From Patescibacteria group bacterium (lineage in GTDB: Bacteria; Patescibacteriota; Minisyncoccia; Phycocordibacterales; UBA2100), in contig JBBTSX010000011.1 of the NCBI GenBank assembly GCA_038064535.1, forward strand, positions 1 through 59,777: 59,777 nt of DNA, given 5' to 3'. Of this stretch, positions 8,997-19,059 are shown one piece after another. The position numbers and the translations under genes were made by a program. Each line of letters begins with the position of its first letter. Positions within the stretch are counted from its first letter, which is position 1. Under the pieces are notes generated by a model that was given only the letters and a program-made list of their open reading frames with translations, had not been told where the DNA came from and searched no databases.

Positions 8997-9530
8997 ATGA
9001 GAATCGGTGTTGGCTCGAAGAACAAGACCAAAGTAAATGCGGTTGCGGAAATACTTCGCGATTATCCAATGTTCGCTGGTGCCGAAGTGGTCGGGGTTGA
9101 TGTGAAAGTCGAACAATTTGGTCACCCGAAAAGTCTCGATGAAACTGTTTCCGGCGCCGTGGATAGAGCGAAACAGGCGTTCAAAAACAACGACTATGGG
9201 TTTGGAATTGAAAGCGGGCTCATGAAAGTTCCACAGACAAAATCCGGGTATATGGAAGTTGCCGTATGTGCGATTTATGATGGCGAACAAATTCATATGG
9301 GACTTTCGCAAGCATACGAATGGCCAAAGAAAGTTATAGAAGCGATTGTAAACCTGGGGATGGATGGCAGTCAGGCCATGAAAGCCACAGGACTCACTCA
9401 GCATGAAAAATTGGGAGAACACGAGGGATTCGTTGGTGTTTTCACGAAAGGGAGATCAAATCGTACTGAATACAACAAAGCCGCCGTTGTCATGGCGTTA
9501 ATGCATTTGGAAAACCCGGAGCATTATTAA
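8997..9530 (+). CDS. yjjX: inosine/xanthosine triphosphatase (YjjX/DUF84)
   Basis: GSKNKTKVNAV, ET..GA..RA, GFGIESG motifs. Confidence 0.88.
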   Translation: MRIGVGSKNKTKVNAVAEILRDYPMFAGAEVVGVDVKVEQFGHPKSLDETVSGAVDRAKQAFKNNDYGFGIESGLMKVPQTKSGYMEVAVCAIYDGEQIHMGLSQAYEWPKKVIEAIVNLGMDGSQAMKATGLTQHEKLGEHEGFVGVFTKGRSNRTEYNKAAVVMALMHLENPEHY

Positions 9531-9536
9531 TCGCGT

Positions 9537-9758
9537 ATGCACATTAAAGTTCGCGTCAAGACGGGAGCGAAGAATGAAAGTATTTGCGAGGTCTCCGAGG
9601 GAAAATTCGAGATATCAGTTCGCGAGAAGCCCGAGGCGAATATGGCGAACAATCGCGTCGTCGAACTTGTCGCGGAGCACCTCGGCGTACCGGTAAAGAA
9701 AATACGCATCGTCAAAGGCCATCACCATCCGTCGAAAGTACTTTCCGTCGCCGCATAA
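9537..9758 (+). CDS. DUF167 (YggU/UPF0235) protein
   Basis: VRVKTGAK...KPEANMAN...IVKGHHHPSK. Confidence 0.88.
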   Translation: MHIKVRVKTGAKNESICEVSEGKFEISVREKPEANMANNRVVELVAEHLGVPVKKIRIVKGHHHPSKVLSVAA

Positions 9759-9774
9759 ACCGGTTGCCGGTTTT

Positions 9775-9838
9775 CGAACTCCTCGGCTCGGAAGAACGCG
9801 AGCATGGCTCGCGTTCTTCACTCGCTCTACGTCGTCCG
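9775..9838. repeat. GCTCG-GAA[stem]TTC-NCTCG structured repeat, copy 1
   Basis: 13-bp stem gaagaacgcgagc/gctcgcgttcttc within conserved flanks. Confidence 0.75.
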
Positions 9839-9858
9839 TAGGGTAGAATGACGTGATT

Positions 9859-10983
9859 ATGGCGCGCGCAAACAAAGGGTCGCGGGTGGGACGTTCGCGC
9901 GTCGTGCCGGCCGTGTTTGCCGTTGGAGTCGGCGTTGCCTGTATGTTCCTTTTGTATGCCGTGGTTTCCGACATGTTCGGCGTGTCGTACTACGCCGCAC
10001 TCGCTGAGGTGACGGAAGGGAAGCCGGTCCCCGTGTTGCCGAAGCTTGATACACAGGACTACGACCGCCGCATGCTTGTGCTCGCGCTTGCGACGACCAC
10101 GCTGCCGGCACCCGAACCGGTCGCAACGACCACCTCCACATCGACACCGTTAAAAAAGGCTCCGCTCTGGCCCGCGAAGACCGTATATCCGAATGCGGGC
10201 GCGCTTCTGCCGTTCAACCGCATTATCGCGTACTACGGCAACTTTTATTCCAAGGGCATGGGCGTGCTCGGCGAGTATCCGGAAGATGTCGTGCTCGCGA
10301 AGCTCCGTGCAGAGGTCGCCAATTGGGAAGCCGCAGACCCTTCAACCCCTGTCATTCCCGCGATTCACTATATTCTCGTCACGGCGCAGGCATCGGCGGG
10401 CAAGGACGGCATGTACCGCGCGCGGATGCCGGATTCGCAAATAGACATAGCGCTCGCACTCGCCGAGAAGGTGCACGGAATCGTCTTTATTGATTTTCAG
10501 GTAGGACTTTCCACGGTGCAAAAAGAATTACCGGTGTACGAAAACTATCTGGCGATGCCCAATGTGCACGTGGGCATCGACCCGGAATTCTCGATGAAAG
10601 GCGGGGAACGGCCAGGCACGGTCATCGGCACGTTTGACGCGGAAGACATCAATTGGGTGGGGCAGTATCTCGCGGGATTGGTTCGCGATAACAATCTGCC
10701 GCCGAAAATACTCGTCATACATCGCTTTACGGATGACATGCTGACAGGGTACAAGCGCATCACGCCGCTACCCGAGGTGCAAATAGTGGTGGACATGGAC
10801 GGGTGGGGATTCCCTGCAAAGAAAATCAATACGTACAACACGGTCGTCGCGGCTGAGCCGATACAATTCACCGGTTTCAAACTCTTCTACAAGAACGACA
10901 CCAAACCGCCCTCGGCTGGCATGCTGACGCCGCAGGAAATTCTCAGACTCAAGCCGCGCCCTATCTACATTCAGTACCAGTAG
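9859..10983 (+). CDS. conserved hypothetical membrane-anchored protein
   Basis: N-terminal TM, Thr/Pro linker, conserved-looking domain (IAYYGN, GIDPEF, MDGWG, GFKLFYKND). Confidence 0.8.
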   Translation: MARANKGSRVGRSRVVPAVFAVGVGVACMFLLYAVVSDMFGVSYYAALAEVTEGKPVPVLPKLDTQDYDRRMLVLALATTTLPAPEPVATTTSTSTPLKKAPLWPAKTVYPNAGALLPFNRIIAYYGNFYSKGMGVLGEYPEDVVLAKLRAEVANWEAADPSTPVIPAIHYILVTAQASAGKDGMYRARMPDSQIDIALALAEKVHGIVFIDFQVGLSTVQKELPVYENYLAMPNVHVGIDPEFSMKGGERPGTVIGTFDAEDINWVGQYLAGLVRDNNLPPKILVIHRFTDDMLTGYKRITPLPEVQIVVDMDGWGFPAKKINTYNTVVAAEPIQFTGFKLFYKNDTKPPSAGMLTPQEILRLKPRPIYIQYQ

Positions 10984-10994
10984 TACATATTTTT

Positions 10995-12218
10995 ATGCGC
11001 GCAAACCCATGGGAGACGGCACAGGCGCAACTGCAAAAAGCGGCACAATCGCTCTCGCTCGACCCGCTACTGCTTGCGCGGCTCTCCCAGCCGGACCGCG
11101 TCGTAGAGGTGTCACTGCCGCTCAGGATGGACGACGGCAGTGTCCGCGTCTTCAGCGGTTTTCGCGTCCAGCACAACAACATCCGTGGTCCGTACAAAGG
11201 CGGTACAAGATATCATCTGGATGTTGATATGGACGAGGTAAAGGCACTCGCACTTTGGATGACATTCAAGACCGCCCTCATTGACATACCGTTTGGTGGT
11301 GGCAAGGGAGGCATCACCGTGGACCCCAAGAAACTCTCGGCAACTGAACTGGAACGGCTTACCAGAGAATATGTCCGAAGGCTTGCCCCCGTAATCGGGC
11401 CGAATATTGACGTGCCGGGGCCCGATCTGAATGCGGGCAGTACCATCATGCAGTTGATCCGTGACGAGTATTCGCTCGTTGTCGGTTCTGATACACCAGC
11501 AGTCGTTACGGGGAAGCCTCTCAATAAGGGAGGTTCCGAAGGTCGCACCGAGGCGACCGGCCTCGGCGGCAGTTTCGCGCTCGATGAGATACTGCGTTTG
11601 CGCAGCGTGAGCGGGAAAGGGAAGACCGTCGCGATACAGGGGTTCGGCAACGTCGGAAGCTATCTTGCACGATATTTGCAGAAGGCCGGATACAAGGTAG
11701 TCGCGTTTTCCGATTCGAAAAGTGCTGTTTTCTCGGGGAAGGGATTCAATGACATCGATTCTCTCGAGGCGTTCAAAAAAGAACACGGTTCATTTCTGGG
11801 ATATCCCGCCGCGAAAGCGATAAGAAATGATGAGATTTTGACGTTACCCGTCGACATCGTCGTGCCGGCGGCGCTCGAAAACGCGATTACCGCTGACGTC
11901 GCAAAGCAGGTGAAAGCGAGCGTCGTGCTCGAAATGGCGAATGGTCCGACGACACCCGAGGCGGAAGAAATATTGCGGGCGAACAATGTCATGGTTATTC
12001 CCGATATTCTCGCGAATTCCGGCGGTGTTGCGGTCTCGTATTTCGAATGGTCGCAAAATATGAACGACGAACGTTGGTTCAAGGCGGATGTATTCAAGCG
12101 GTTGGAAAAGAAAATGCGCGCGGCCTCCGACGCGGTGTACCGGACAGCGCGCGAGCGCGGCGTCACACTGCGCGACGCCGCCTACATCGTGGCAATCGAG
12201 AGGCTCGCGTCGGAGTAA
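10995..12218 (+). CDS. gdhA: glutamate dehydrogenase (Glu/Leu/Phe/Val dehydrogenase family)
   Basis: GPYKGG, GGGKGG, TGKP, QGFGNVG, PDILANSGGV. Confidence 0.93.
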   Translation: MRANPWETAQAQLQKAAQSLSLDPLLLARLSQPDRVVEVSLPLRMDDGSVRVFSGFRVQHNNIRGPYKGGTRYHLDVDMDEVKALALWMTFKTALIDIPFGGGKGGITVDPKKLSATELERLTREYVRRLAPVIGPNIDVPGPDLNAGSTIMQLIRDEYSLVVGSDTPAVVTGKPLNKGGSEGRTEATGLGGSFALDEILRLRSVSGKGKTVAIQGFGNVGSYLARYLQKAGYKVVAFSDSKSAVFSGKGFNDIDSLEAFKKEHGSFLGYPAAKAIRNDEILTLPVDIVVPAALENAITADVAKQVKASVVLEMANGPTTPEAEEILRANNVMVIPDILANSGGVAVSYFEWSQNMNDERWFKADVFKRLEKKMRAASDAVYRTARERGVTLRDAAYIVAIERLASE

Positions 12219-12248
12219 CACATCGTGATAGAATCGTCGCATCACACC

Positions 12249-12452
12249 ATGAACGCATCAACACCGCTTGCCATCGGGCTTATTCTCGTCCTTGCCGTCG
12301 CCGGGCTCGTCTATTTCCAGACGCGCGGCTCGCGTCCGCTTGAGCCAAATCCGCAGACGGTGCCCATTAGTGCGCAAGAAGACACAACCCTCACAGCGAG
12401 TTCGACTGTGGACACGACTCCTTCGGTGCAGTTGGATGCAACCGTTCAATGA
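12249..12452 (+). CDS. small single-pass membrane protein
   Basis: TGATAGAAT upstream; N-terminal TM. Confidence 0.6.
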   Translation: MNASTPLAIGLILVLAVAGLVYFQTRGSRPLEPNPQTVPISAQEDTTLTASSTVDTTPSVQLDATVQ

Positions 12453-12453
12453 T

Positions 12454-12843
12454 ATGACCGACCGCGATGCACGCGCCTTCGCTCCCGTCGTCTTGCGACT
12501 CGCTCTGGCGGCGTTGTTTCTGTGGTTCGGATTTTCACAGGTGATGGACGCGTCCGGATGGCTGTCGTGGCTACCGGTGTGGGCGACAAATCTCACGTGG
12601 ATTTCTCCGGCGGGCATCGTGCTGTTCAACGGCTGGTTTGAAGTCATTCTCGGCGCGATGCTCGCCGTCGGACTCCTGACCCGTTGGGTCGCGCTCCTGC
12701 TCGCACTCCACCTTTTCGTCATCGCATTCGGGATAGGCTACAACGACATCGGCGTGCGCGATTTCATACTCGCGCTCACGACATTCGCAATCTCGCTCGG
12801 CGGTTCAGACTGGCTCACGCTCGACAGGCAGGCAAATTCATAA
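12454..12843 (+). CDS. DoxX family membrane protein
   Basis: VLRLALAALFLWFG, EVILG...GLLTR, RD motif. Confidence 0.85.
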   Translation: MTDRDARAFAPVVLRLALAALFLWFGFSQVMDASGWLSWLPVWATNLTWISPAGIVLFNGWFEVILGAMLAVGLLTRWVALLLALHLFVIAFGIGYNDIGVRDFILALTTFAISLGGSDWLTLDRQANS

Positions 12844-12902
12844 GATTGACGTACTAGTATATTCACTGTATAAAGAAATAAGTTATCTTTTGGGGGGTTT
12901 CC

Positions 12903-13214
12903 ATGAGAAACACACTCGGCATTTTCGTTGTTTTCGTTGCAGTCATCGCGCTCACTTTCGTCCCCGACCTGTGGGCGACTGCGAAGGCCCGATGGCCCGG
13001 CATCTTCGAGACCAACAATCCGATTCCGGATTATATGCCGGAGAGTTGGGTGCTCGGTTGCGTCGTTGGTTTCATCTGCATCGGTCTCGCGACAGCGTGG
13101 TGGGGTCCTGCGGGTTTCATGCTCTCGCTCTATGCCGGATTCTTTACCGGCGTGATTGTGATGCACGTCCCGCCCTACGTTCGTCACCAATACCGGCGCA
13201 TGCGCGCCCGGTGA
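12903..13214 (+). CDS. hypothetical membrane protein (orphan)
   Basis: 3 hydrophobic segments; own promoter-like sequence and downstream terminator. Confidence 0.65.
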   Translation: MRNTLGIFVVFVAVIALTFVPDLWATAKARWPGIFETNNPIPDYMPESWVLGCVVGFICIGLATAWWGPAGFMLSLYAGFFTGVIVMHVPPYVRHQYRRMRAR

Positions 13215-13237
13215 GCAAACCGTCCCATAATTTCGTG

Positions 13238-13268
13238 AGCCGCCGGGCAACTGGCGGCTTTCGTTTTG
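13238..13268 (+). terminator. intrinsic terminator
   Basis: AGCCGCC-gggcaact-GGCGGCT followed by a T-rich tail. Confidence 0.7.
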
Positions 13269-13389
13269 TACCAAAGGAAGATTCACACACTTGCGGCACG
13301 GCGCAGTCTGTGGCATAATCGCGGTTGGCGAAAATCGAATCAGTTTATGCGTATCGAATCGCCTCAACCAATTTTCCGGGGAGAGGCAC

Positions 13390-13944
13390 GTGAGAAGGTC
13401 TACGATAAAAATGTACCGCCGCTCGGAGTGGGACGTACAGGATTGGTTCCAACTCAGCAGGAAAGTGCTGACTGAGACTCATCCGTGTGCCCGTAACGTA
13501 ACGGCGGTGGACCTTACAAAGGTCCGGATACTTCCTTGCCGGGACAGGCGGGGAAGGCTCGTTCGGGGCATCGATATGGTGCAGGGCTTTTCCGACTTCA
13601 GCGATGTTCGCTCGAATTTCGTAAAGCATGCACTGCGTAGGTTCATAGAAGGGCGAATGAACCCACTGTTTGGCAGCAACACCTACGTCCCCCTCGACGG
13701 GACGATGGCGGAGTATTGCGATGGCCGGCAGTTTGTTCTCGACGATCTCGTAGATAGGCTGGAATATACAAGTAAACCCTGGCCCATCTTTTGTCTTGAC
13801 GGTGAGCTCATCTCGTATCCGTCATGGGAACGGCCTTCAATCGTCGCCGTCTACCGAGGTTTCGAGGGCGTATATAAAGCCACGCTCATGCCGGCACTCA
13901 AGCGTCGAACCGAACATGAGTATTCGCTCGCCATCGCCTTGTGA
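13390..13944 (+). CDS. hypothetical orphan protein (start uncertain)
   Basis: long ORF filling the gap; GTG after GAGAGG; hairpin at about 13970-13998. Confidence 0.6.
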   Translation: MRRSTIKMYRRSEWDVQDWFQLSRKVLTETHPCARNVTAVDLTKVRILPCRDRRGRLVRGIDMVQGFSDFSDVRSNFVKHALRRFIEGRMNPLFGSNTYVPLDGTMAEYCDGRQFVLDDLVDRLEYTSKPWPIFCLDGELISYPSWERPSIVAVYRGFEGVYKATLMPALKRRTEHEYSLAIAL

Positions 13945-14027
13945 TGTAGCGAGCCTGCACAAACATTAACGAGGCGCCCGGTGGGCGCCTCTCGCTTTGG
14001 GAAATATTTGGTACAATGATTTTTCGT

Positions 14028-15539
14028 ATGGAACACACACCTCGACTCAGCGAAAACAGGGAAGCTGAAGCGGGGGAGCTCGGGGAGAAATGCGCAGTCT
14101 TCGGTGTCTACGGCAAAGGTCTCGACGTCGCGCGCCTTTCCTTCTTCGGTCTCTACGCGCTCCAGCATCGCGGGCAGGAAAGCGCAGGCATCGCCGCGGG
14201 CGACGGCCAGCAAATCTGCCTCCACAAGGGCATGGGGCTCGTCTCGCAGGTATTCACCGAGGAACTCATGGAATCACTCAAGGGCCACATCGCAGTGGCC
14301 CATAATCGTTATTCGACCTCGCGCAACTCGAAAGTGAAGCATGCCCAACCGATGCTCGCGGCTGGCAATGCAGCTCTTGAGAAACCCGACTACGGCGACA
14401 CGAGTCCCAGCTTGCTCGATTCGGTGTCGCTCTGCTCAGGGCCCGACGACGGCGCCATCGCACTCGTACACAACGGCAATCTCCCGAGCACCACTGCGCT
14501 CGAAGAGTATCTTGCGGCGCACAATGTCGCTACGGATGATTTTTCCGACTCGCGCATGATTGTAGAATCAATCGGAGCCGCGATGCGCAAAGGCGCCAAG
14601 CTTGAAGATGCTATCAGAGAGATATACCCGCTCCTTACCGGAGCGTTTTCAATTCTCATCATGTCGGCGGATTCGATTATCGCCATCCGCGATACCTGCG
14701 GCATCCGCCCGCTTTCGCTCGCCAAGCTCAACGGCGGATACGTCTTCGCGTCGGAAACATGTGCATTTCCGCCGATAGGAGCGGAATTCATTCGCGACGT
14801 ACAGCCGGGTGAGATGGCGATAGTGGATGCCGATGGTTTGCGCAGTGAGCAACTCGCAGAAGGGAATCAGAAGCTCGACATTTTCGAATTCGTCTATTTT
14901 GCGCGTCCCGACAGTCACCTCCTCGGCAAGTCGGTGTATGAGATGCGCAAGAACTGCGGTGCCGAACTGGCAAAAGAGAATAAAATCGAAGCCGACGTCG
15001 TTATTCCGGTGCCCGAGACCGCGATTCCGGCCGCGGTCGGGTATGCACGACACAGCGGGATTCCCATGGAATTGGGACTCGCCAAGAATCGCTACATTCA
15101 CCGCACATTTATTCAGCCGGAGCAGCACATTCGCGAGCAGGGCGTGAAAGCGAAGCTCACCCCGATTCCGGAAGTAATTGCAGGTAAGCGGCTTGTCGTC
15201 ATTGACGACTCAATCGTCCGCGGGACAACCTCGCGGCAAATCGTGAAAATGCTTTTCGACGCGGGGGCAAAAGAAGTGCACTTCCTCTCCTCGTCGCCGC
15301 CGGTCAAGTATCCGGATTTTTACGGCATCGACACACCGAAACAGGAGAAGCTCATCGCGGCGACCAAGTCTATCGAGGAAATGCGGGAGTATCTCGGCGC
15401 CACCTCGCTGCGCTTCCTCTCATACGAGGGCATGATAGCCGCGACGGGACTTCCCGAATCGCAATTCTGCACCTCATGCTTCACGGGTGTGTACCCGATA
15501 GATATCAAAGAACGCGCGAAGGAGGTAAAGAAAGTTTAA
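14028..15539 (+). CDS. purF: amidophosphoribosyltransferase
   Basis: EKCAVFG, LQHRGQESAG, HNGN, FEFVYFARPDS, VIDDSIVRGTT. Confidence 0.97.
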   Translation: MEHTPRLSENREAEAGELGEKCAVFGVYGKGLDVARLSFFGLYALQHRGQESAGIAAGDGQQICLHKGMGLVSQVFTEELMESLKGHIAVAHNRYSTSRNSKVKHAQPMLAAGNAALEKPDYGDTSPSLLDSVSLCSGPDDGAIALVHNGNLPSTTALEEYLAAHNVATDDFSDSRMIVESIGAAMRKGAKLEDAIREIYPLLTGAFSILIMSADSIIAIRDTCGIRPLSLAKLNGGYVFASETCAFPPIGAEFIRDVQPGEMAIVDADGLRSEQLAEGNQKLDIFEFVYFARPDSHLLGKSVYEMRKNCGAELAKENKIEADVVIPVPETAIPAAVGYARHSGIPMELGLAKNRYIHRTFIQPEQHIREQGVKAKLTPIPEVIAGKRLVVIDDSIVRGTTSRQIVKMLFDAGAKEVHFLSSSPPVKYPDFYGIDTPKQEKLIAATKSIEEMREYLGATSLRFLSYEGMIAATGLPESQFCTSCFTGVYPIDIKERAKEVKKV

Positions 15540-15565
15540 CGAGTGGAAGTTCCGAACAAAAGAAA

Positions 15566-15598
15566 CAGCCACTCTCAGCTACGTGCTAAGAGTGGCTG
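15566..15598. terminator. hairpin terminator between convergent genes
   Basis: CAGCCACTCT...AGAGTGGCTG. Confidence 0.65.
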
Positions 15599-15619
15599 GT
15601 GGTCAACTGGTCAGGCCAG

Positions 15620-16120
15620 TTACTTCGCCATCGACGCGACTATGGGCTCAAAACGCCGGCGCGTGTTGTCAAGTAGAACCTGCGCCCTGTCGAACTTATC
15701 CTGAACCTCGGCAAGGGACACAGCTTTGACAACACTGATGTTCTTGCCCGTGATGAGGTTCATGTGACCGGCATTGCGAAAGACCGAGAATGGCTCATCG
15801 CCGTCGTTCCAGTGCATAGATGTTATGCACCGACATTGAGCAGATACGTTGATCGAGACGTAACGACGCCCGCCGAACGGGCTGGATTGCAATTCCCGCA
15901 CATACTCGTCGCCGGTGCGCATGTTGCGCACGTACGAAAGCGTATGCATGAAACCGATGCCGCGCGTGACGACGATCTCTTCATTGGCAAAACGAGTCTC
16001 GCGCTCCATGAGATACGGAACGCCGTATCCGGTAATGCTAACGCCGATACCAGTCGCGATACCAATCGCGGTACCAATCCCCGCAACCATGACGGCAATA
16101 AGTGATAATGAGATACGCAT
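15620..16120 (-). CDS. hypothetical membrane-anchored orphan protein
   Basis: GGAGG upstream; N-terminal hydrophobic segment. Confidence 0.65.
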   Translation of the reverse strand: MRISLSLIAVMVAGIGTAIGIATGIGVSITGYGVPYLMERETRFANEEIVVTRGIGFMHTLSYVRNMRTGDEYVRELQSSPFGGRRYVSINVSAQCRCITSMHWNDGDEPFSVFRNAGHMNLITGKNISVVKAVSLAEVQDKFDRAQVLLDNTRRRFEPIVASMAK

Positions 16121-16246
16121 TTCGGCCTCCGTGAGCTGCGTGCGGGTGCACGTTCCAGCTCACATAATGCCACAACGACCGTACTTACGCAAGTCATGAC
16201 ATGTTTTCATCTCGACAAGGAAGCTTCCGGCATGTAATCTGCCGCT

Positions 16247-17485
16247 ATGTCATACACGCCCAGCGACAAGATTTTGAAGAAATACGCCGACGTGATGGTG
16301 AATTTTGCGCTCGGCGGCGGGAAGGGAATTAAAAAAGGCGACGTCGTGCGACTTTCCGCGAATGAGAGCGCGAAGCCGCTGTATGTTGCAATCTTCAACG
16401 CAATCATCAACGCCGGCGGGCATGTGCTTCCGCACTATGCTCCCGATGAAGAGAAGGGCGACATGCGCCGCAACGAAAGTACGAGCCGGCATTTTTATGA
16501 GAATGCTTCGGACGAGCAAATAAGATTCTTCCCGGCGAAATATCTGCGCGGAGTCGTGGACGAGATGGACCACTCGCTGTTCATACTCGCTGACCGGGAT
16601 ATGCATCTTATGGACGGGATAGACCCGAAAAGAATAATGGCGAGGGGTGTGGCGATGAAGCCGTTTATGGACTGGCGGCATCAAAAGGAATGGAAAGGTA
16701 AGCTTTCGTGGTCCATCGCGATGTACGGCACGCCAGCAATGGCAAAAGAGGCAGGGCTTTCTGAGAAAGAATACTGGAATCAGATTATCAAGGCGTGTTT
16801 CTTGGATGAGAAGAATCCGATAGCAAAATGGAAGCAGGTATATATTGAAATCGAGAAATATCGTCGTAAGCTTAATACAATTACGCCCAAGGTGGACCGG
16901 TTGCACATCGTCGGTCCCGACATGGATCTCTGGATTAAACTTGGTGAAAAGCGTGCATGGCGCTTCGGTTCAGGCGCGAATATTCCGAGCTTCGAAATAT
17001 TTACCTCGCCGGATTGGCGCGGTACCGAGGGCTGGATTAAATTTAACCAGCCGCTTTATCGCTATGGGTCCAAGATTACCGGTATTGAGTTGGAATTCAA
17101 GAATGGTCTTGTTGTTAAATCCAAGGCGAAGACGAATGAGAAACTTTTGAAAGAGATGATAGCGACCAAAGGAGCAAATAAAATAGGAGAATACTCGCTC
17201 ACCGACAGCCGTCACTCGCGTGTCACGAAATTCATGGCAGAGACGTTGTACGACGAGAATGTCGGCGGGCCTCAAGGAAATACACATCTTGCGCTCGGTA
17301 TGTCGTATCGGGATTGTTACTCGGGGGATGTCTCGAAGCTTACAACTAAGCAGGCAAAAGCGCTGGGCTACAATGACTCCTCAATACACACCGACATCAT
17401 CTCGACGACCCGCCGCACAGTGACGGCGCACATGAAAAACGGTACGACGAAGGTCATCTACAAAGACGGCAAGTTTGTTCTCTAA
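16247..17485 (+). CDS. aminopeptidase, M29 (AmpS/AmpT) family
   Basis: NIPSFEIFTSP, IGEYSL, LYDEN, HLALG, SIHTDII. Confidence 0.93.
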   Translation: MSYTPSDKILKKYADVMVNFALGGGKGIKKGDVVRLSANESAKPLYVAIFNAIINAGGHVLPHYAPDEEKGDMRRNESTSRHFYENASDEQIRFFPAKYLRGVVDEMDHSLFILADRDMHLMDGIDPKRIMARGVAMKPFMDWRHQKEWKGKLSWSIAMYGTPAMAKEAGLSEKEYWNQIIKACFLDEKNPIAKWKQVYIEIEKYRRKLNTITPKVDRLHIVGPDMDLWIKLGEKRAWRFGSGANIPSFEIFTSPDWRGTEGWIKFNQPLYRYGSKITGIELEFKNGLVVKSKAKTNEKLLKEMIATKGANKIGEYSLTDSRHSRVTKFMAETLYDENVGGPQGNTHLALGMSYRDCYSGDVSKLTTKQAKALGYNDSSIHTDIISTTRRTVTAHMKNGTTKVIYKDGKFVL

Positions 17486-17492
17486 GTTTTAG

Positions 17493-17526
17493 AACATTCC
17501 GATATTCTTAAGAATGTGAGAATGTT
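17493..17526. repeat. AT-rich palindrome abutting the folB start codon
   Basis: aacattccgatattcttaagaatgtgagaatgtt. Confidence 0.6.
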
Positions 17527-17874
17527 ATGGACACTATTTTCATCAGGGACTTGAAACTTCGCGGCAAGCACGGGGTGTACGATGAGGAGCGAACACGGGA
17601 ACAGGAATTCGTGCTGGATATTGCGATTGATTTTGACACCGGCAAGGCCGTCGTGAGCGACAACATAGCGGATACGGTCAATTACGCGACGTTCCGGAAA
17701 ATCGCGAAAGAGGTTGTCGAAGGTCCGTCGTTCAAACTTCTCGAAAAGCTTGCGGATGTCGTTGCGACGAAGATTTTGGAAGACGCCCGCATCAGCCGTG
17801 TGACCGTCACAGTCCGTAAAACAGAGATGTACAAGGACTGCACCCCCGGCGTGACCGTCATCCGTAGCCGTTAA
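17527..17874 (+). CDS. folB: dihydroneopterin aldolase
   Basis: HGVYDEER...Q, DTVNY, FKLLEKLA, conserved K. Confidence 0.93.
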   Translation: MDTIFIRDLKLRGKHGVYDEERTREQEFVLDIAIDFDTGKAVVSDNIADTVNYATFRKIAKEVVEGPSFKLLEKLADVVATKILEDARISRVTVTVRKTEMYKDCTPGVTVIRSR

Positions 17875-17923
17875 TGGCTATTCACAGGCGCATCTCGCGG
17901 GCAGTGATATACTCTAAATCCTC

Positions 17924-18451
17924 ATGACCTCTTGGCTGAAATACATACTCACATTCGCCGCCGTTTTTGCTTTCAGACTTTTGCCGTTCCGCGCTCCCAA
18001 CGTGGAGCCGATTCTGGCCTCTGTAATGCCGCTTTCGAAGCGTTTTGGGGCTCTACCGGGCGTTCTATTCGGAGTGCTCAGCATTGTGCTCTATGACGCC
18101 GTGACGAGCGGCTGGGGCGCATGGACGTGGGTCACGGCGCTTGCCTACGGCACACTCGGCGCCGCCTCATACTTCTATTTCAAGAATCGCTCCGCTTCGC
18201 GCGGCAATTTCGTCCGCTTTAGCATAGTCGGCGTACTGTTCTACGACGCGGTCACCGGCCTTACCGTCGGCCCGCTGTTCAACGGCCAGTCATTTTCCGC
18301 CGCCCTTGCGGGGCAGGTTCCATTCACTGTTTTGCATCTTCTCGGCGCGGTCGTATTCGCGGCACTCATAAGTCCCGCACTCTACCGCTGGTTTGCAACG
18401 AGCGAGTCACCCGCGCGTGCCGTCGCTCCCGCTCAGACGCTTCCCAACTAG
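17924..18451 (+). CDS. ECF transporter S-component-like membrane protein
   Basis: PNVEPI motif, about 6 TM. Confidence 0.65.
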   Translation: MTSWLKYILTFAAVFAFRLLPFRAPNVEPILASVMPLSKRFGALPGVLFGVLSIVLYDAVTSGWGAWTWVTALAYGTLGAASYFYFKNRSASRGNFVRFSIVGVLFYDAVTGLTVGPLFNGQSFSAALAGQVPFTVLHLLGAVVFAALISPALYRWFATSESPARAVAPAQTLPN

Positions 18452-18967
18452 GATGCCGAGCCACAGGAAAATCGCACCGACGGCAAAGCCGCCAATGACG
18501 TCACTTGCGTAATGTACGCCGAGATACATGCGGCTGAAGCCGACCAACAGAATAATTGCCGAGAACAGTAGTGTGAGCGGCATGCGCCACGGCGCCGGCG
18601 CGAATTTCCACGTCGCGTAAATGAGGAAGCCATAAAGCGCCACAGCGGCGGTCGCGTGACCGCTTGGGAACGACCAACCATCTTCCACGACCGCATGTAG
18701 TGCGACGGGAGGCCTTGGCCGCGTGACAATCTCTTTGATGGCATCTTTAAGCGCTTCTCCGCCGAGCACCGACGCGAAGAGTCCGATTGCATAGGGAAGT
18801 TCTTTCCTGTACCAGAGTATTGCACATACAAAAAGAGTGACAGGAACCACGACCACGGATCCGCCAAGGTCCGTGATAAGCGAAAATATGCCTACACCGA
18901 CAGGCGTCCGGATTGCAGCGAGTGCGTAGATCGTATTGAGGTCGAAAGAGGCGAATGCGTTCATCAT
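18407..18967 (-). CDS. PAP2 family phosphatase
   Basis: K...RPRP, SFPSGHA, SRMYLGVHY.SD. Confidence 0.92.
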   Translation of the reverse strand: MMNAFASFDLNTIYALAAIRTPVGVGIFSLITDLGGSVVVVPVTLFVCAILWYRKELPYAIGLFASVLGGEALKDAIKEIVTRPRPPVALHAVVEDGWSFPSGHATAAVALYGFLIYATWKFAPAPWRMPLTLLFSAIILLVGFSRMYLGVHYASDVIGGFAVGAIFLWLGILVGKRLSGSDGTRG

Positions 18968-19000
18968 ACAAATGCAAAAAGACAGGACACGCTCAGTATA

Positions 19001-19059
19001 CCCCGTGAGATACAAACAATTAACGCCGTTTGCGAAACGAATCCCGTTATCTCACGGGG
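19001..19059. mobile_element. MITE-like element (CCCGT(G)AG TIR family), copy 2, in a promoter region
   Basis: ccccgtgagata...tatctcacgggg flanked by a TATA direct repeat. Confidence 0.8.
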
